A stretch of DNA of 64,000 nucleotides. Origin: Chara braunii (taxonomy: Eukaryota > Plantae > Charophyceae). Of the stretch, positions 49,801 through 62,800 are shown piece after piece. The first letter of the stretch is position 1, and the number at the start of each line of letters is the position of its first letter. A program made the position numbers and the translations under genes. Location of the stretch: NCBI GenBank assembly GCA_003427395.1, contig BFEA01000025.1:3448728-3512727 (forward strand), read 5' to 3'. Below the pieces are notes generated by a model. It was not told the origin of the DNA and did not search any database. It worked only from the letters and a program-made list of their open reading frames with translations.

Positions 49801-51699
49801 ACACCGGCAGTGCGTTAGATTGACACACGGCTGGACACACTCGCTGCATGGTACTATTACAGACACTGCCTGCACACCACACTGAACAAGGGTTGTGCAT
49901 GGTATTGTATGTTGGTTCTGGGTTTCACATGGGTTGCTTGGGGGTGTTGGTCTTGGGTGTTCTGTTGATCTGCCCAGTCTGGCATATCACACGTTCGTGC
50001 CATTTCCACTAGCCGTTCACAACATGTTTCAATTTCAAGGGTTCGAGCTTGGTTCGGATCTTGGGGGGGTCCTTGTCCAGCTTACCCCGTTCTCTCTTCG
50101 ATATACACACATGATGCTGCCTATACATCTTGATACATTGATTCACAGAGCGCACAGCCTTCGGGCATATACACAGCTTGCGAATTATACATGGCCTACG
50201 GGCTACATACACAAGTTTCCACACATAGTGCTGTCTGTACATCTTCATACATAGAAACAAGAAGCATACACAGCCTTCGGGTATACACATACATTACGAA
50301 CTACACAACTATCAGACTGGGGGGGTCTAGTCACTGGGTGGGGTCTAGTATCTGCGGTAGGGACAGGTATGGGCCACCGGAGTTCCTACTGATATTCGGG
50401 TAGAACTGTCTAGTGGCTATATATAAGGCTTACACCCTGGGGTAAGGGTAGGGGTATAAGTTGCTCAGGCCAGTCCGAGTTCCGCCTGGCCTTGGGTAAG
50501 CTAGGGGAAGGACGGTAAGACTGCTTCAATGGGTGCTACTGTGCCTGAAACCTAGGGCCCAGAGTCTCTTGGGGCCTGTAGTAGATTGTCTGGGCCTGGC
50601 GTCCGAAGTTCCCGTTCGACAAGGCTCGTCCGATTCTGCTTCCACCAGGGCTGGGCAACCAAGTTACCTGCCCATTGGTAGGGTAATGGTCACACTGAGG
50701 TAGGATAGTGGGATAGGGGGTGCGCTAGGAGTATTGACGTGAGGATGGGATGGGAGGTGGTCTCATATTCCAGGACACCCACGGCCTACTGCTCCAGGTG
50801 ATCATTGTGTACTCAGTGACTGGCCTCTACAACACCATGGACGTAAACCACCAGTACCTTTGTCGGTTCGAAAATACTCGGCCTCCGACCTTTCAGGAGG
50901 CCGAAACAAAACGACGGCCGCCGATCAGATTGATCAACGTCGGGCTCGGCCTCCTGAAAGTTCGGGTACTGGCCAGGACTTGTCGAAACCGGATGCCAAA
51001 AAGAAAAAAAAAAAGAATAAACATCCGAATGTGGGTACTGCCAACCGCATGAACCACTCTCAGAGTAAGGAATTGGCCGGTGGAACCCCACTACTACGCA
51101 GTAACCTAAGCGGTTTGCCTACATGACAAGATTAGATAGGTGGGGCCTGATTCTCATTCTTTTTTTTTTTTTTTTTTATGTACAGTATGTGAGCTGGAAA
51201 CCAATTCCAGCATCAGTATGCTATGAGGTGTACAGCCCGTCTGTATATGTTGTTGATTCCTGCAACTCCAAAGAGAGCAGAGGCATTGGTTACTTCCCCA
51301 CGCAGGGGAAGGATTGACCTTCTGCTGATGAATCATATATCCCTATTCAATGATATGAATAGATGTGATATCGCACATATTCTCACTAGCAAAGAAAAAC
51401 GTGATCACCAACAGTCCTTTCATGCTTAAGAGTTGAGGGTTTGAGAGATGAGCAGCGATCAACCCTAATCAACACTATTCAAGACAGTGAAATCATCTAT
51501 CCTATCCCCACCCGATGCCAGAGAGAGAGACACGAATCCGCCTGAGAAAACACCAGGTAGGGGTGGGGGGGAACACGAAGTCTTACCTTCAAAAACAAAC
51601 CCCACTTCAGCAGCCCCAACACGCTACTAATCCCCCCCCACTGCGTGGATGGCGGCATCTCCCCCATGATGCTGATACAGGGCTTGGATGCACACCAAC

Positions 51700-51892
51700 C
51701 CCTCTCTTCCCTCCTGCTTCCGTGGTTGTCGTCGCCGCCATCGTCGTGATTGTTGTTGATCTTGTTGCTGTTATTGTTCTCGTCATTGTTGTTGTTTACG
51801 CCGTCGTTGTTGTTGCTGTTGTTCTCTCCCTTCTCCTCCATCTCGTTGTTGTCGCCGCCGTTGTTGTTGTTACCGTTGTTGTTGTTGTTGTT

Positions 51893-51924
<32 letters not shown>

Positions 51925-51954
51925 CGTCGTTGTCGTTGTCGTTGTCGTTGTTGT

Positions 51955-51985
<31 letters not shown>

Positions 51986-52660
51986 TTTATCATCCTTCTC
52001 ACCCTCGTCGCCAATTTCGCCCAAGCCCAGCTCACCGTCGTCGTCGTTGTCGTTGTCGTTGTTGTTGTTGTTGTTGTTGTTGTTGTCCACATTCCAACCC
52101 TTCTCTCCGATCTCGCCCATTCCTTGCCTCTCCTCCACCACAACTACCACCTCCTCCATGAACCCCTGTGCCACCTCCCACTCACCCACCTGCTCTCCAT
52201 TACACTGCCGCAGATGAGTGACACTGTCTATGTCAGCATTCCTGACGCCGACCTGAGAAGAGCGCGCCATCAGGTTCTCCCACCATTCGCCAGCCCTCCC
52301 CTCATGTTCATCGCCCTTCTCGCCCACGTCGCCAATTTCGCCCAATCCCAGCTCTCCGTTGTTGTTGCCGTTCTCGCCCTCGTCACCAATTTTGCCCAAT
52401 CCCAGCTCACCGTCGTTGTTGTTGTTGTTGTCCACCTTCCAACCCTTCTCTCCGATTTTGCCCATTCCTTGCCTCTCCTCCACCACAACTACCACCTCTT
52501 TCATGAACCCCTGCGCCACCTCCCACTCACCCGCCTGATCTCCATTACGCTGCTGCAGACGAGTGACACCGTCGACGTCAGTATTCCCGGCGCCGACCTG
52601 AGAAGAGAGCGCCATCAGGTTCACCCACCATTCGCCAGCCCTCCCCTCATGTTCATCGAT
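51700..52660. repeat. (GTT/GTC)n low-complexity tract with an internal duplication of about 350 bp; open in several frames
   Basis: 52070-52312 is repeated at 52415-52657. The ORFs here are N/D- or V-homopolymer rich with no recognisable domain. Confidence 0.8.
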
Positions 52661-53403
52661 GTCCCTCACATCCCCTTCACGGTCCCTCTGACTATCTACT
52701 TCCCAATACACACACCCTGCACAAAGGTTATCATAGTAACTGACCATGTCCTCGTCGTTGAGCTCACCATCCTCTGCATAGGAGACGCCGTCTTCTGTGT
52801 AGAAAGAGTATCTCTATGTTGCAACTCCCCCACCAGCTCCATCACATTCCCAAAGAGCTGCGCCCCTAATATGTCCTCGTCTCTCACACAGCTGGCGCTA
52901 CCCCTGCCCGCGCGTCTCGGCGAGCCACGTCACCTACAGCAGATGCCACGTGGCCAATCAAGGAGTCACACACATCTGCGGGGCGCGCGCACAGGCCCAG
53001 CGTCCGAGGAGCTCCCCTCCCCAGACGCTAGTCGAGGCAGGGGAACCGGGTCTTACCAGTCCACCGGTGTCAGGGCGCTCGCGCTAGCGCATTTCCCCGC
53101 CCAGCCTGATTCNNNNNNNNNNNNNNNNNNNNNNNNNNNNNNNNNNNNNNNNNNGGGGGCAAGGGGGTAATCGGGGGAGGGGTGTCCGGAAGCGGTGGGT
53201 TTGTGTGATGTGTTGTGTGATCAGGGTTCCCCATCTGATCAGGATGGGCACGGTGTCACTGAGGTGAAGGGACTACCAGAACTGGTTGTCTTGGTGATTG
53301 TCGGTGGAATGCAGGTAGCATTTTCCAATGCCATCTGCGTTCCTCCGTCCACCAAGGTTTCCATATGAGGTTCCGGTCCCCATCTAACGACGCAATCTTC
53401 CGT

Positions 53404-53441
53404 CTGTCTCTTATACACATCTAGATGTGTATAAGAGACAG
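53404..53441. other. Nextera mate-pair junction adapter (artefact)
   Basis: Exact CTGTCTCTTATACACATCT+AGATGTGTATAAGAGACAG (back-to-back Tn5 mosaic ends). Confidence 0.98.
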
Positions 53442-54123
53442 CCCTAGCACTATTCCTGTTTTTATCTACCCATCCTGCCTTACAGACTCAACCCTAGTAT
53501 CAACTTCATTCTTTTTCATACCGAACACTTGAGACCGAACTCAGCACTGAGGGGGGAACTACCCTAGTCTCAGCTTCATTCATACCCATACCAAGCTCTT
53601 GAGACCATACTCAACGCTGAGGGGGGAAAGGGGTCTGGAAAGTCGGATGTCGAGCTCCAAATCCCCTTGGGACTGCAAGTGGTTCCCAACCCTTACTGAA
53701 GCTCCGTCATTGCAATGTCTCTACCCCCTATCGGAATTGCAGTCCGTCATTCTTGTCTCTCCCCTCCCCTTAGACCTGACAGGCTCTATCAATTCCCATT
53801 TTGTGCAGCCCGACTTTCTGGTCAGTGCTGAGGTACATGCACCCTCTGCCCTGTGGCGGGTCTTTATTCTAGATCCTTTGTCCCTGTGTTTGGCTTTGAT
53901 CGATGTGCTTGTATGGTTCTTCTGATGGTATATCAGAGCACTACCTGGCCCTGTGGTCCTGCTGTCCCCTCCCCTTAGACTTGTCTGGTCCTGTCAGACT
54001 CAGTTCGTGGTGTGAATGCTGTTGTTCCGCTGGTGATATGTCTGATTGGTACTCAGAGCAACTACAGTCCTGTTGATGCTACCATCTTCACCCGAATACA
54101 ACGCCCGGTCATTATAGCTGTAC

Positions 54124-54161
54124 CTGTCTCTTATACACATCTAGATGTGTATAAGAGACAG
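54124..54161. other. Nextera mate-pair junction adapter (artefact)
   Basis: Same exact 38-mer. Confidence 0.98.
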
Positions 54162-54300
54162 GAGCAACTACAGTCCTGTTGATGCTACCATCTTCACCCG
54201 AATACAACGCCCGGTCATTATAGCTGTACTTGGCATAACTCCCAGTCCAGATACACTCAAAATGACCGGGCGTTCTATTCGGGTGAAGACGGTAGTCTAC

Positions 54301-54338
54301 CTGTCTCTTATACACATCTAGATGTGTATAAGAGACAG
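54301..54338. other. Nextera mate-pair junction adapter (artefact)
   Basis: Same exact 38-mer. Confidence 0.98.
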
Positions 54339-55171
54339 CTTCAGCTATTTTGTGGTTCGGATCTATCCACTTTTCTGTAAAGGTCGCGATCAGCTTTTGC
54401 TTACTGTCTTGGTCGGGGGCTACACTCACTTTTNNNNNNNNNNNNNNNNNNNNNNNNNNNNNNNNNNNNNNNNNNNNNNNNNNNNNNNNNNNNNNNNNNN
54501 NNNNNNNNNNNNNNNNNNNNNNNNNNNNNNNNNNNNNNNNNNNNNNNNNNNNNNNNNNNNNNNNNNNNNNNNNNNNNNNNNNNNNNNNNNNNNNNNNNNN
54601 NNNNNNNNNNNNNNNNNNNNNNNNNNNNNNNNNNNNNNNNNNNNNNNNNNNNNNNNNNNNNNNNNNNNNNNNNNNNNNNNNNNNNNNNNNNNNNNNNNNN
54701 NNNNNNNNNNNNNNNNNNNNNNNNNNNNNNNNNNNNNNNNNNNNNNNNNNNNNNNNNNNNNNNNNNNNNNNNNNNNNNNNNNNNNNNNNNNNNNNNNNNN
54801 NNNNNNNNNNNNNNNNNNNNNNNNNNNNNNNNNNNNNNNNNNNNNNNNNNNNNNNNNNNNNNNNNNNNNNNNNNNNNNNNNNNNNNNNNNNNNNNNNNNN
54901 NNNNNNNNNNNNNNNNNNNNNNNNNNNNNNNNNNNNNNNNNNNNNNNNNNNNNNNNNNNNNNNNNNNNNNNNNNNNNNNNNNNNNNNNNNNNNNNNNNNN
55001 NNNNNNNNNNNNNNNNNNNNNNNNNNNNNNNNNGTTCCCCATCTGATCAGGATGGGCACGGTGTCACTGAGGTGAAGGGACTACCAGAACTGGTTGTCTT
55101 GGTGATTGTCGGTGGAATGCAGGTAGCACTTTCCATTGCCATCTGTGTTCATCCTTCCACCAGGGCTTCCT

Positions 55172-56797
55172 TTTTTTTTTTTTTTTTTTTTTTTGAGATA
55201 GGCCCTTGTGCAAGACCTCTATCCTGGTGGTGGTAAGAGAACCACCGGGATTGAGGCTTTGCCTAGCGGGCCGCTCCATCGATTGGTGGGGAGCAGCACC
55301 TGCTGGAAACCGGGTCCAGCGTCCCTTACATACATCTTTACAGAACAATACAATGAGAGTGACGCCAATGTGCTGGAAACCGGGTCCAGCGTCCCATATT
55401 CAGTCTACTCTTCCATACTCAGCCATACCTATCCTGCGGCGCGGTCAGGTATTGGGAGGGGGCCACCAGGGGGCACCAGTGGGGTCTCCCTCCGACCCCT
55501 AGCCTCTGCCATCCACCTGCTCTCCTCCTGGCACTTCGCATATCTGCAAGAGCATGTATTTGAGAACTGAAACAACTGTAGAGTCAGAAAACAACCAAAT
55601 TACAACAAAACACCATAGAAAACGGCGCCGAAAACCGGTGGACTCCGCTGAAATCAACTCAACTGGAATCATCTGCAGCCAGCTACAGACGACTGGCCGC
55701 TGCTGCTGGGAACCGGGCCCAGCATCCTATGCGCCCAGGCCCAAACCAGTCCAAGCCAGTACCACCTTTATTATTGACCTGCCTAACCTACAACACCTTC
55801 GGATAGCCTGCTTCTCCTGCTGCAAGCCGGGTTTCATGCGGCTGGTAAAACTTCGGCCAAGGCCAGCGGGTGGGGTGGGAAGGGATCTGCAAAATCCTGG
55901 GCCGGTCGTAGTGGGACGCCGGGATCGATTGCGGTCCAGTCGTGAAAGATCACCCGGTAGTCTCTTGCTATCTCTATCCTGGGTTCTCCTAGCACTTCCC
56001 TTTCCGGTTGGCGGCCGGTCCATGACACTTTGGCCACCCATCCCTCTCTCTCTCCGCCTACCCAGTCCGTACTAAATGCGGAGATGATCCTGTTCATGTC
56101 CTCCCAGGTGTTCATCAAGTCAAGTTTATCTTTAACTGTCTTCCATTGGGCTGCTATCTCGTACTGAACCAATACCCGAATTTGGTCCAGGGCCTCACCA
56201 TCTTCCACCCTANCCCCTCCTATCTCGAGGCAGCATCTCCTCCACCATATGGTCCACAAGATACTTNGTCTGCCTAGGCTGAACATGTTTCCCTCGAATG
56301 TCTTCTCNGCGATTGGGGGGTAATGTCCCAAGAGAAGGGCCCTCCAGTCCCATGGCCAAACAGCCCCAGGAACAATGTGACGCCAAATCCTGCCCCAGCT
56401 CCTCCATAACAGCACTGATGCGGGACATTGAAGAAATATATGCTCGGTGGTCTCAGCGCTCTTTCTCCCTGGGTAACTCAGGAGGCATTTATGGCACCAT
56501 GGTAGCGCCTTCCCTTGTTGTTCTAGGCGTGTATGGTCGATCAGCCAATCGTTGGTTGGTAGGCATCTATGCTCAATCTGCCACTGGAGGGCGGAGATCT
56601 TAGCGGGTCTTCTGTGGTAATGTGAAAACCACCAGATGGGTTTTAGGAGACTGCGGTCTATATTGAGGTGACGATACCATCTGTCCTCAACACGGTCGCG
56701 CAATCTGCGTTTGGGTCTAAGCATCCGGTAAGCAGATTTGGACTTTAAGTTGCATTACGCCAACTTGTTTGCCTCTCCCTTCCTGGTTGGGAAATTC
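55172..56797 (-). pseudogene. LINE ORF2 C-terminus (zf-RVT-like Cys/His domain), 3' UTR and poly(A)
   Basis: ORF 55834-56724 has LQWQIEHRCLPTNDW...WCHKC...ETTEHIFLQCP. Poly(T) on + at 55171-55194 is followed by the conserved 3' hairpin element. Confidence 0.9.
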
Positions 56798-56876
56798 AGG
56801 CCAGAAAAGGTAGCCGACCACTTTAAACCATCTCTCACTCACCCCTGCCCACCTCATCGACAACGAACGCGTCAAG

Positions 56877-59848
56877 ATGAAGGAAAGGCATCAGCGCGTC
56901 CACAGAAGACTCGATTCGATGCTCCTATACAGGGGGGTGGCGAGGCACTTTACCCAGAACCGCCTACTAGGAAACAGAGGGAAAGCCGGGGAGGCGAAAA
57001 TGGACCTGGATCCCTCGCTGAACCCCGGAATAAATGGCGGGAGGGAAGCACTAAGGGATCAAGCACCAGGAAAGGAGAAGGAGTCGCTTAGCGATAGTCA
57101 CAGGGGATCCTCCAACCCTCAGACCCCCCCCTGCTCACTTGCCTCCTCCAACTCATCTCCCCACGACCACTCGTCTCAGACCTGGGCTGAGCGAGTGAAG
57201 GGACCCCCCCCCCCGGACACCATCACGATTCAACGCAAAACAGAAGAGGGTAGCAAGGGAAGGGAGGAGGAATGGAAAATTCCTGCGAAAAATCTGACAA
57301 CTGCGGGGGTCTTCTTCCTCTCCCGTCTCCTGGCCTCCCCCGAAAAAAAGATCCTGCAGCAAGATGGCAGAACAACAATTGGCAGAACCCTCCCAGGGGA
57401 TGTCGTCAGAACAACGGACACACTGTACACCAGTCACGCGAGTAATTGGGCCTTCCATGACGATGCGGCCTTCAAGTCCACAAACGACAAGGTTGGCTGG
57501 ATCAGCGACCGCTTAGCGGCCTTCAAGGAGTCTCCTGCGAGCGCACGCGAGCTGTTTCTGATCCAACCTGCATCAACCACTGTCATCACGGTCCTGTGTG
57601 TGGCAGAGGAGGACAAAAAAACAATAGATAATTGGAAGTCCCTCCGCTGCGAAAGGTCGGAAGTTCGGATCTACCCCTGGGCTCCCCCGAAACCACAACG
57701 GCCAGAGGATCTCAGGGAGCAGATGATGAGAGAACACTTCTGGGTAGAGTTCCGACATATCCCGGTTGAGATCCAAGCTGCGTTCGTGCAGGACTTCGCT
57801 GAGAAGTATGATGTGGTAGGCTTCATCAACCCACTTCCCCCCCACGTAGCCCGAAGGGATGACTATCTGATGCTAGCCATCAACCTCCCAGATGAACACA
57901 TCTTCTCAGTGGACGATGTTATCCCCTTCTGCGTGGGGGGGAAGGTGTACCGGATCCACACTGCCCACAAGCTTAGGCCGTGGTGCGTCAAATGCCAGGC
58001 CTATGGCCACCTGTACACCGACATGACATGCCCCCGGCACCTCTCACGCACAGTCAAGCCTACCGGGCGACTTAGAAAGGATCCCTTTGATGAGTCCAGG
58101 TGGAGGGCAGTTGACCCGGGCTACGAGGGATGGGTCTACATTGATACCTTAAGTGGGAACGACGAGAAAGTCACCGGTTGGTCTTGGGAGGGACAGGGTG
58201 ACCCGAAAACAGCATTACAACCACCGGCGACATGGATCCCACCCAAACCGCTGGAAGCCCATCTAAAGAACCCCCCGGAAAAACCCAAGAAGCAGGAAAC
58301 GTGGGTAGTTGTGGGAAAGAAAGATAAAGTAAACCCACCGAAAGATTCGTCGGAGGCAGGGATAGACATCAATGGTGGTCGCTTTGCATGTTTAGAAAAC
58401 GGAGTCAAGGCGCAGGGGAGGGGCCACCAGGAGGGGCAGATCCCTGCACTTGTACATCAGGAGGGTCAGGAGGGGCAGATCCCCGCACCCTCAGATGAGA
58501 ACTTGGCAACATCCGACTGGCCCCCGGGAAATTCCCCCCGGGACCATGCATCGGGTTCCGGGGAGAACACAGACGCGGCTGCAACAAGGGGACAGAGAGA
58601 TGCGAACGCGACGGAAGGGGCCGGAGACGAGAGCACGAATGCAACAGAAGGTGCCAAGGAACCAACGACGCACCTTCTGCAAGGCCCTCAGGGGAAAACT
58701 TTGAGGCAGCCGGAACAGGAGAGGCAACAGGAGCAGCCAACACCGCAGGCGCAACAGCCCTCACAGCCCCCCCCCCCGCATCAGCAGGCACAACAACCAC
58801 ACGCCCCGTTGCCCGATGGGCCCGAACAGGAACAGCGACAGTCCCTGACGCCGCAGAAGCCACAACACCTCACGCAAGAAGAGGTGCGATCTCTAGCTCC
58901 TGACTTCTGCTCAGACGCTTTCGGAGCACAGCAGATGGAAGTAGACTCAACACCTCCCCTCCGGACGTGGAGATGGAAAAGCCGCCCAATGATCCGTCAG
59001 ACCCCGACGCCCCTCCGCACGAAATGGGCTTGGATCAGAAAATCCAAATCGTGGCTGACTGGATTCTCAAGCATCTCCAATCGGACTGCCCACATGAGGA
59101 AGAAGAATACTGGGACAAGACTTATGTGGAGCTGGTGGGACTTCTGAACAATAGCCCCTCCCTAAGGACCGCTCTAACGTCCGGTCCCCCCCCCCATTTA
59201 ACATGGGCAGATGCGTTCCAACGGATTCTGGCCGTTGCCCGGGGGCGGTTCCACCCCCCCACACAGAAAGAGAAAGATCAGCCGAAGGCAAAAGGCGCAG
59301 GAACGACCGAAGAAGGACTGACCTCACGAAGACTCAAGCTGAGGCAGCTCATCGAGAGGGGCCTCTTTGAGATGCCATTGTCTAAACTGAATGGGGTCGT
59401 TGTAATCCCCCTTAGGAAGGTGGATGGGAAATGGGAGATGGGTCTTTCCCCGATAGGGGAATATGGGGGCGTGACACTGCAAGGATGGGAGTTCTCACCT
59501 CAAGAAGGCAACAGTAAAGAAAGTGATAGGGCTTTTACAGACCAAATGTCCACCTTCATTCCCAAACACTTTGCCCCCGGAGCCACAGGAGGCATGAGAT
59601 TTGGTACGAGATCTGGTAGCTCTGAGGAGCAGATGGCTAGGAACGACCTTTACCTGCTTTTCGAACCCAATAAATCCGCCGACCTGGGATGGTATAGCCA
59701 CAATGCGCTCCTGGAATTGCAATGCGCAAAAATAAAAGCAGGCAACTACTGGTCCGAGGACGATGTCTGCAAATGCTTATGCCGGATAGTGCGAAAGCGA
59801 ATGCTATACTTGGATAGATGGGACGTTAGGCACTGGCATCCATTATGA
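56877..59848 (+). pseudogene. LINE ORF1 (gag-like zinc-knuckle protein), split by a probable frameshift near 58960
   Basis: ORFs 56877-59147 and 58967-59848 overlap. Motifs FWVEFRHIPVE and WCVKCQAYGHLYTDMTC (CCHC-type knuckle), then a Q/P-rich linker. Lies directly upstream of ORF2. Confidence 0.8.
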
Positions 59849-59883
59849 GATAAGGGGCCAAATGGGGGGGCAGTTATCGAATA

Positions 59884-62800
59884 ATGGACGAACTTAGTAC
59901 ACTGTATTGTAGGAACGCCGCATGGAAAAAATGCGTCGACTCAGCCGACCTAGACCTGCGTTCCATAAATGTCAATGGCTTGGCTTCGTGTTGACCAGAA
60001 AAGTGTCAGGCCATCTGGGACCAATTGCGAGGAATAGGAGGCAGACGCTGGCCGGACGTGATCTGCATACAAGAAACCCATCTACAAAATTGCCCGGACC
60101 ATAACCGGGCCCATAAGTTAGTATGGCCCTATACGACCATTAGGGCCCATGCGCCAAGATCAGGATCTGTAGGGGTGGCAATTTGGATCCCCCCGGATTC
60201 GAGGTTCGATCCTGTTCACTGGGTTGTAGATGAAGTGGAAGGGCGCTGGGCTTCGTTGCTGGGGACGTTAGAACTCGAACGCCTCTGCATCCTTCGCATC
60301 TACTCACCTAACTCTGTTAGGGAAAGGAGGGAATTCTTGGGGACGATTGGTACACAAGTCCCGGAAGGTATCCCGCTAATAATAGCCGGAGACTTCAATG
60401 CAACCCCAGACAAGGGCCTGGACAGATGGAACCCCCAAGAGTCACCCTCCTTCGCAGCACTAGAAGATGAGCAAATGATAGCAGACCTCTGTGAGACTCT
60501 TTCAGTCTTTGACACATTCTGTCGCCTGCACCCCCAAGTACGGGCCTTCACGTGCATTCGGGACGGCAACCCGGCCCGCCTATCTAAATCTCGGATCGAT
60601 CTTATCTTATTGTCCAAGGATCTGGAGGGAGCCCTGCGATGGGCAATGATCCTCCCGCGCAGCCCACACCCGGGCCTTGACCACAAAACATGTGGGATAA
60701 TACTAACAATGAAAAAAAGGCCGGATCAAGGACCAGGCTTCTATAAACTAAACACCTCCCTGTTGAAGGACTTGTCATTCCCACAAATGATCAGACACGA
60801 ATGGGAATTCTAGCGTCAACAAAAGCACCTCTTTGGGTCCTATCTCGAGTGGTTCAACAACGGCCTTGTGTTCTTGGCCAAAAAGTGCAAGGATTTCTCC
60901 AAAGCCAAAGCGGCCCTGCGACAACAGCTTGAAATGACCACCCACAATGAACTAATAACCCTGGAAGAGCAGGCAAAGACACAACACACAGCACAGGAAT
61001 CACTGCAGCTCATGACCTCTATCTCCAATGCCAAAGACCGCCTCCTGCAATATGCACAACACAGATGGCAAGGAATCCGAATCAGAGGGAAAATGGCCAA
61101 ACTCACTCACGAGGCTTCCATGGACACTCAATTTTTCTCCATGGCCACCGCAAGGGCACGACGAACAGTTATCGAAGCACTCTTCGACCCACATGATAAT
61201 ACCATCATTGCTACTGACACGGCCCACTGCACATTAATCACCAGGACGTTCTTCAAACATCTATACACGTCCAAAATCCCATCCCCCCATGGGGAAGAAA
61301 GGATCCGGAAAATTCGGGACTTCCTGCTCCCGATGGACCGAGGTATCTCTTCCCAACAGCGAGACGGACTAGAGACAGAGCTATCCAAAGAGGAGATATG
61401 GACTGCACTCCTCCAAAGGAGGGAGGAAAAGACCCCTGGTATTGACGGCTTCCCTAAAGAATTTTGGGAAGCCATGTAGACGGATCTCAATGCCGACCTT
61501 TGGGAGTATTATCAGAATGTCTGGGAGGCCGGGGAAATAGGGAATACGGTAGGGAAAGGAGTGTTATCCCTCCTATATAAAAAATGCGATAAAATGAATA
61601 TCAGAAACTACAGACCTATCACACTGCCCACAGTGGTATATAAAATGTTGTCTAAGGCACTGGCCAACCGTATGGCGACAGTATTGGAGGAGGTGATTCA
61701 CCCAACCCAAACGGGGTTCATATCCGGCATGAATATTCAGGAAAATATCCTGCTGGTCAATGACGTGGTTCAATTGGCGCGCCGCAAACAGGCGAATGCG
61801 GCCATTATATTTATAGACTTTGAAAAAGCATATGACCACGTGGATTGGGAATTCCTAAACATGTGCTTAGAGAAAATGAACTTTGGACCTGTCTTGCGAC
61901 GCTGGGTCAAGATCCTCCACACAAATGCCGCAACCTGTGTTCAGGTCAATGGGTCAGTGACACCTCCATTTGAACTCCAACGGTTAGTGAGGCAGGGGGA
62001 CCCCATTGCCCCCTATCTCTTCTTGGTAATTATGGAAGCCTTATCAGCGAACCTGCGACAGAACAAAGACCTTACACGCATCAAGATAGCGAATATCCCG
62101 GAAGAGGCAGTGCCTATCTGCTCTTTGTTCGCCGACGATCTAACTATCATGGTTGAAGCAACCGAGGCTAACATGGCAGAAATCCAGCACCTTATGAACA
62201 AATTCTGCCGCCTGTCGGACATGACTGTAAATTGGGGCCAAAAGACTATGGGATGGTGGATGCATCACCAAGGGGGTAGACCTCCTGAAAGCCCGCGAAT
62301 TACATGGTTCCCCCCCGAGGACCCCCTGCGAATTCTAGGGGCACTAATCACTGCTAAAGGAAGGCCAACAACGAACGATGAGTGGCTGACTGGACCTGCA
62401 TAGGGTAAATTTGGGAAATGGAACAATAAGAATACATCCATCTTTGGGCGGGCACTTGTCATTAATAATGTAATCTTGGCCACATTGTGGTATAAAGCCA
62501 TTCTGTGGTCAATGAGTAATGGAGGTCTCAAGACCTTAAAACAACAGCTGGCGGCCTTCCTCTGGAGAGGGGATAGCAACATCACCCACGCCATCAGCCG
62601 AGTAGCGTGGGACTCGGTGATCCAGCCCAAGCACAAAGGCGGTCTTGGAATTGTGGATCCGGCCACACAATTCCGGGCCCTTTCGATTCGCTGGCTTCAG
62701 CTCATTATCTTCTCACCATCCTCCCCATGGGTCCCCCTTGCCCTGACACAAATCTCTGATCTTGCTCCGGAATCTCCACCTGAGATTGACCCCTGCGTAT

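Noticed and set aside
53404-54338. Three identical 38-bp palindromes read as a novel repeat system or Tn5 insertion
   Set aside because: They are the exact Nextera mate-pair junction adapter, a library artefact.
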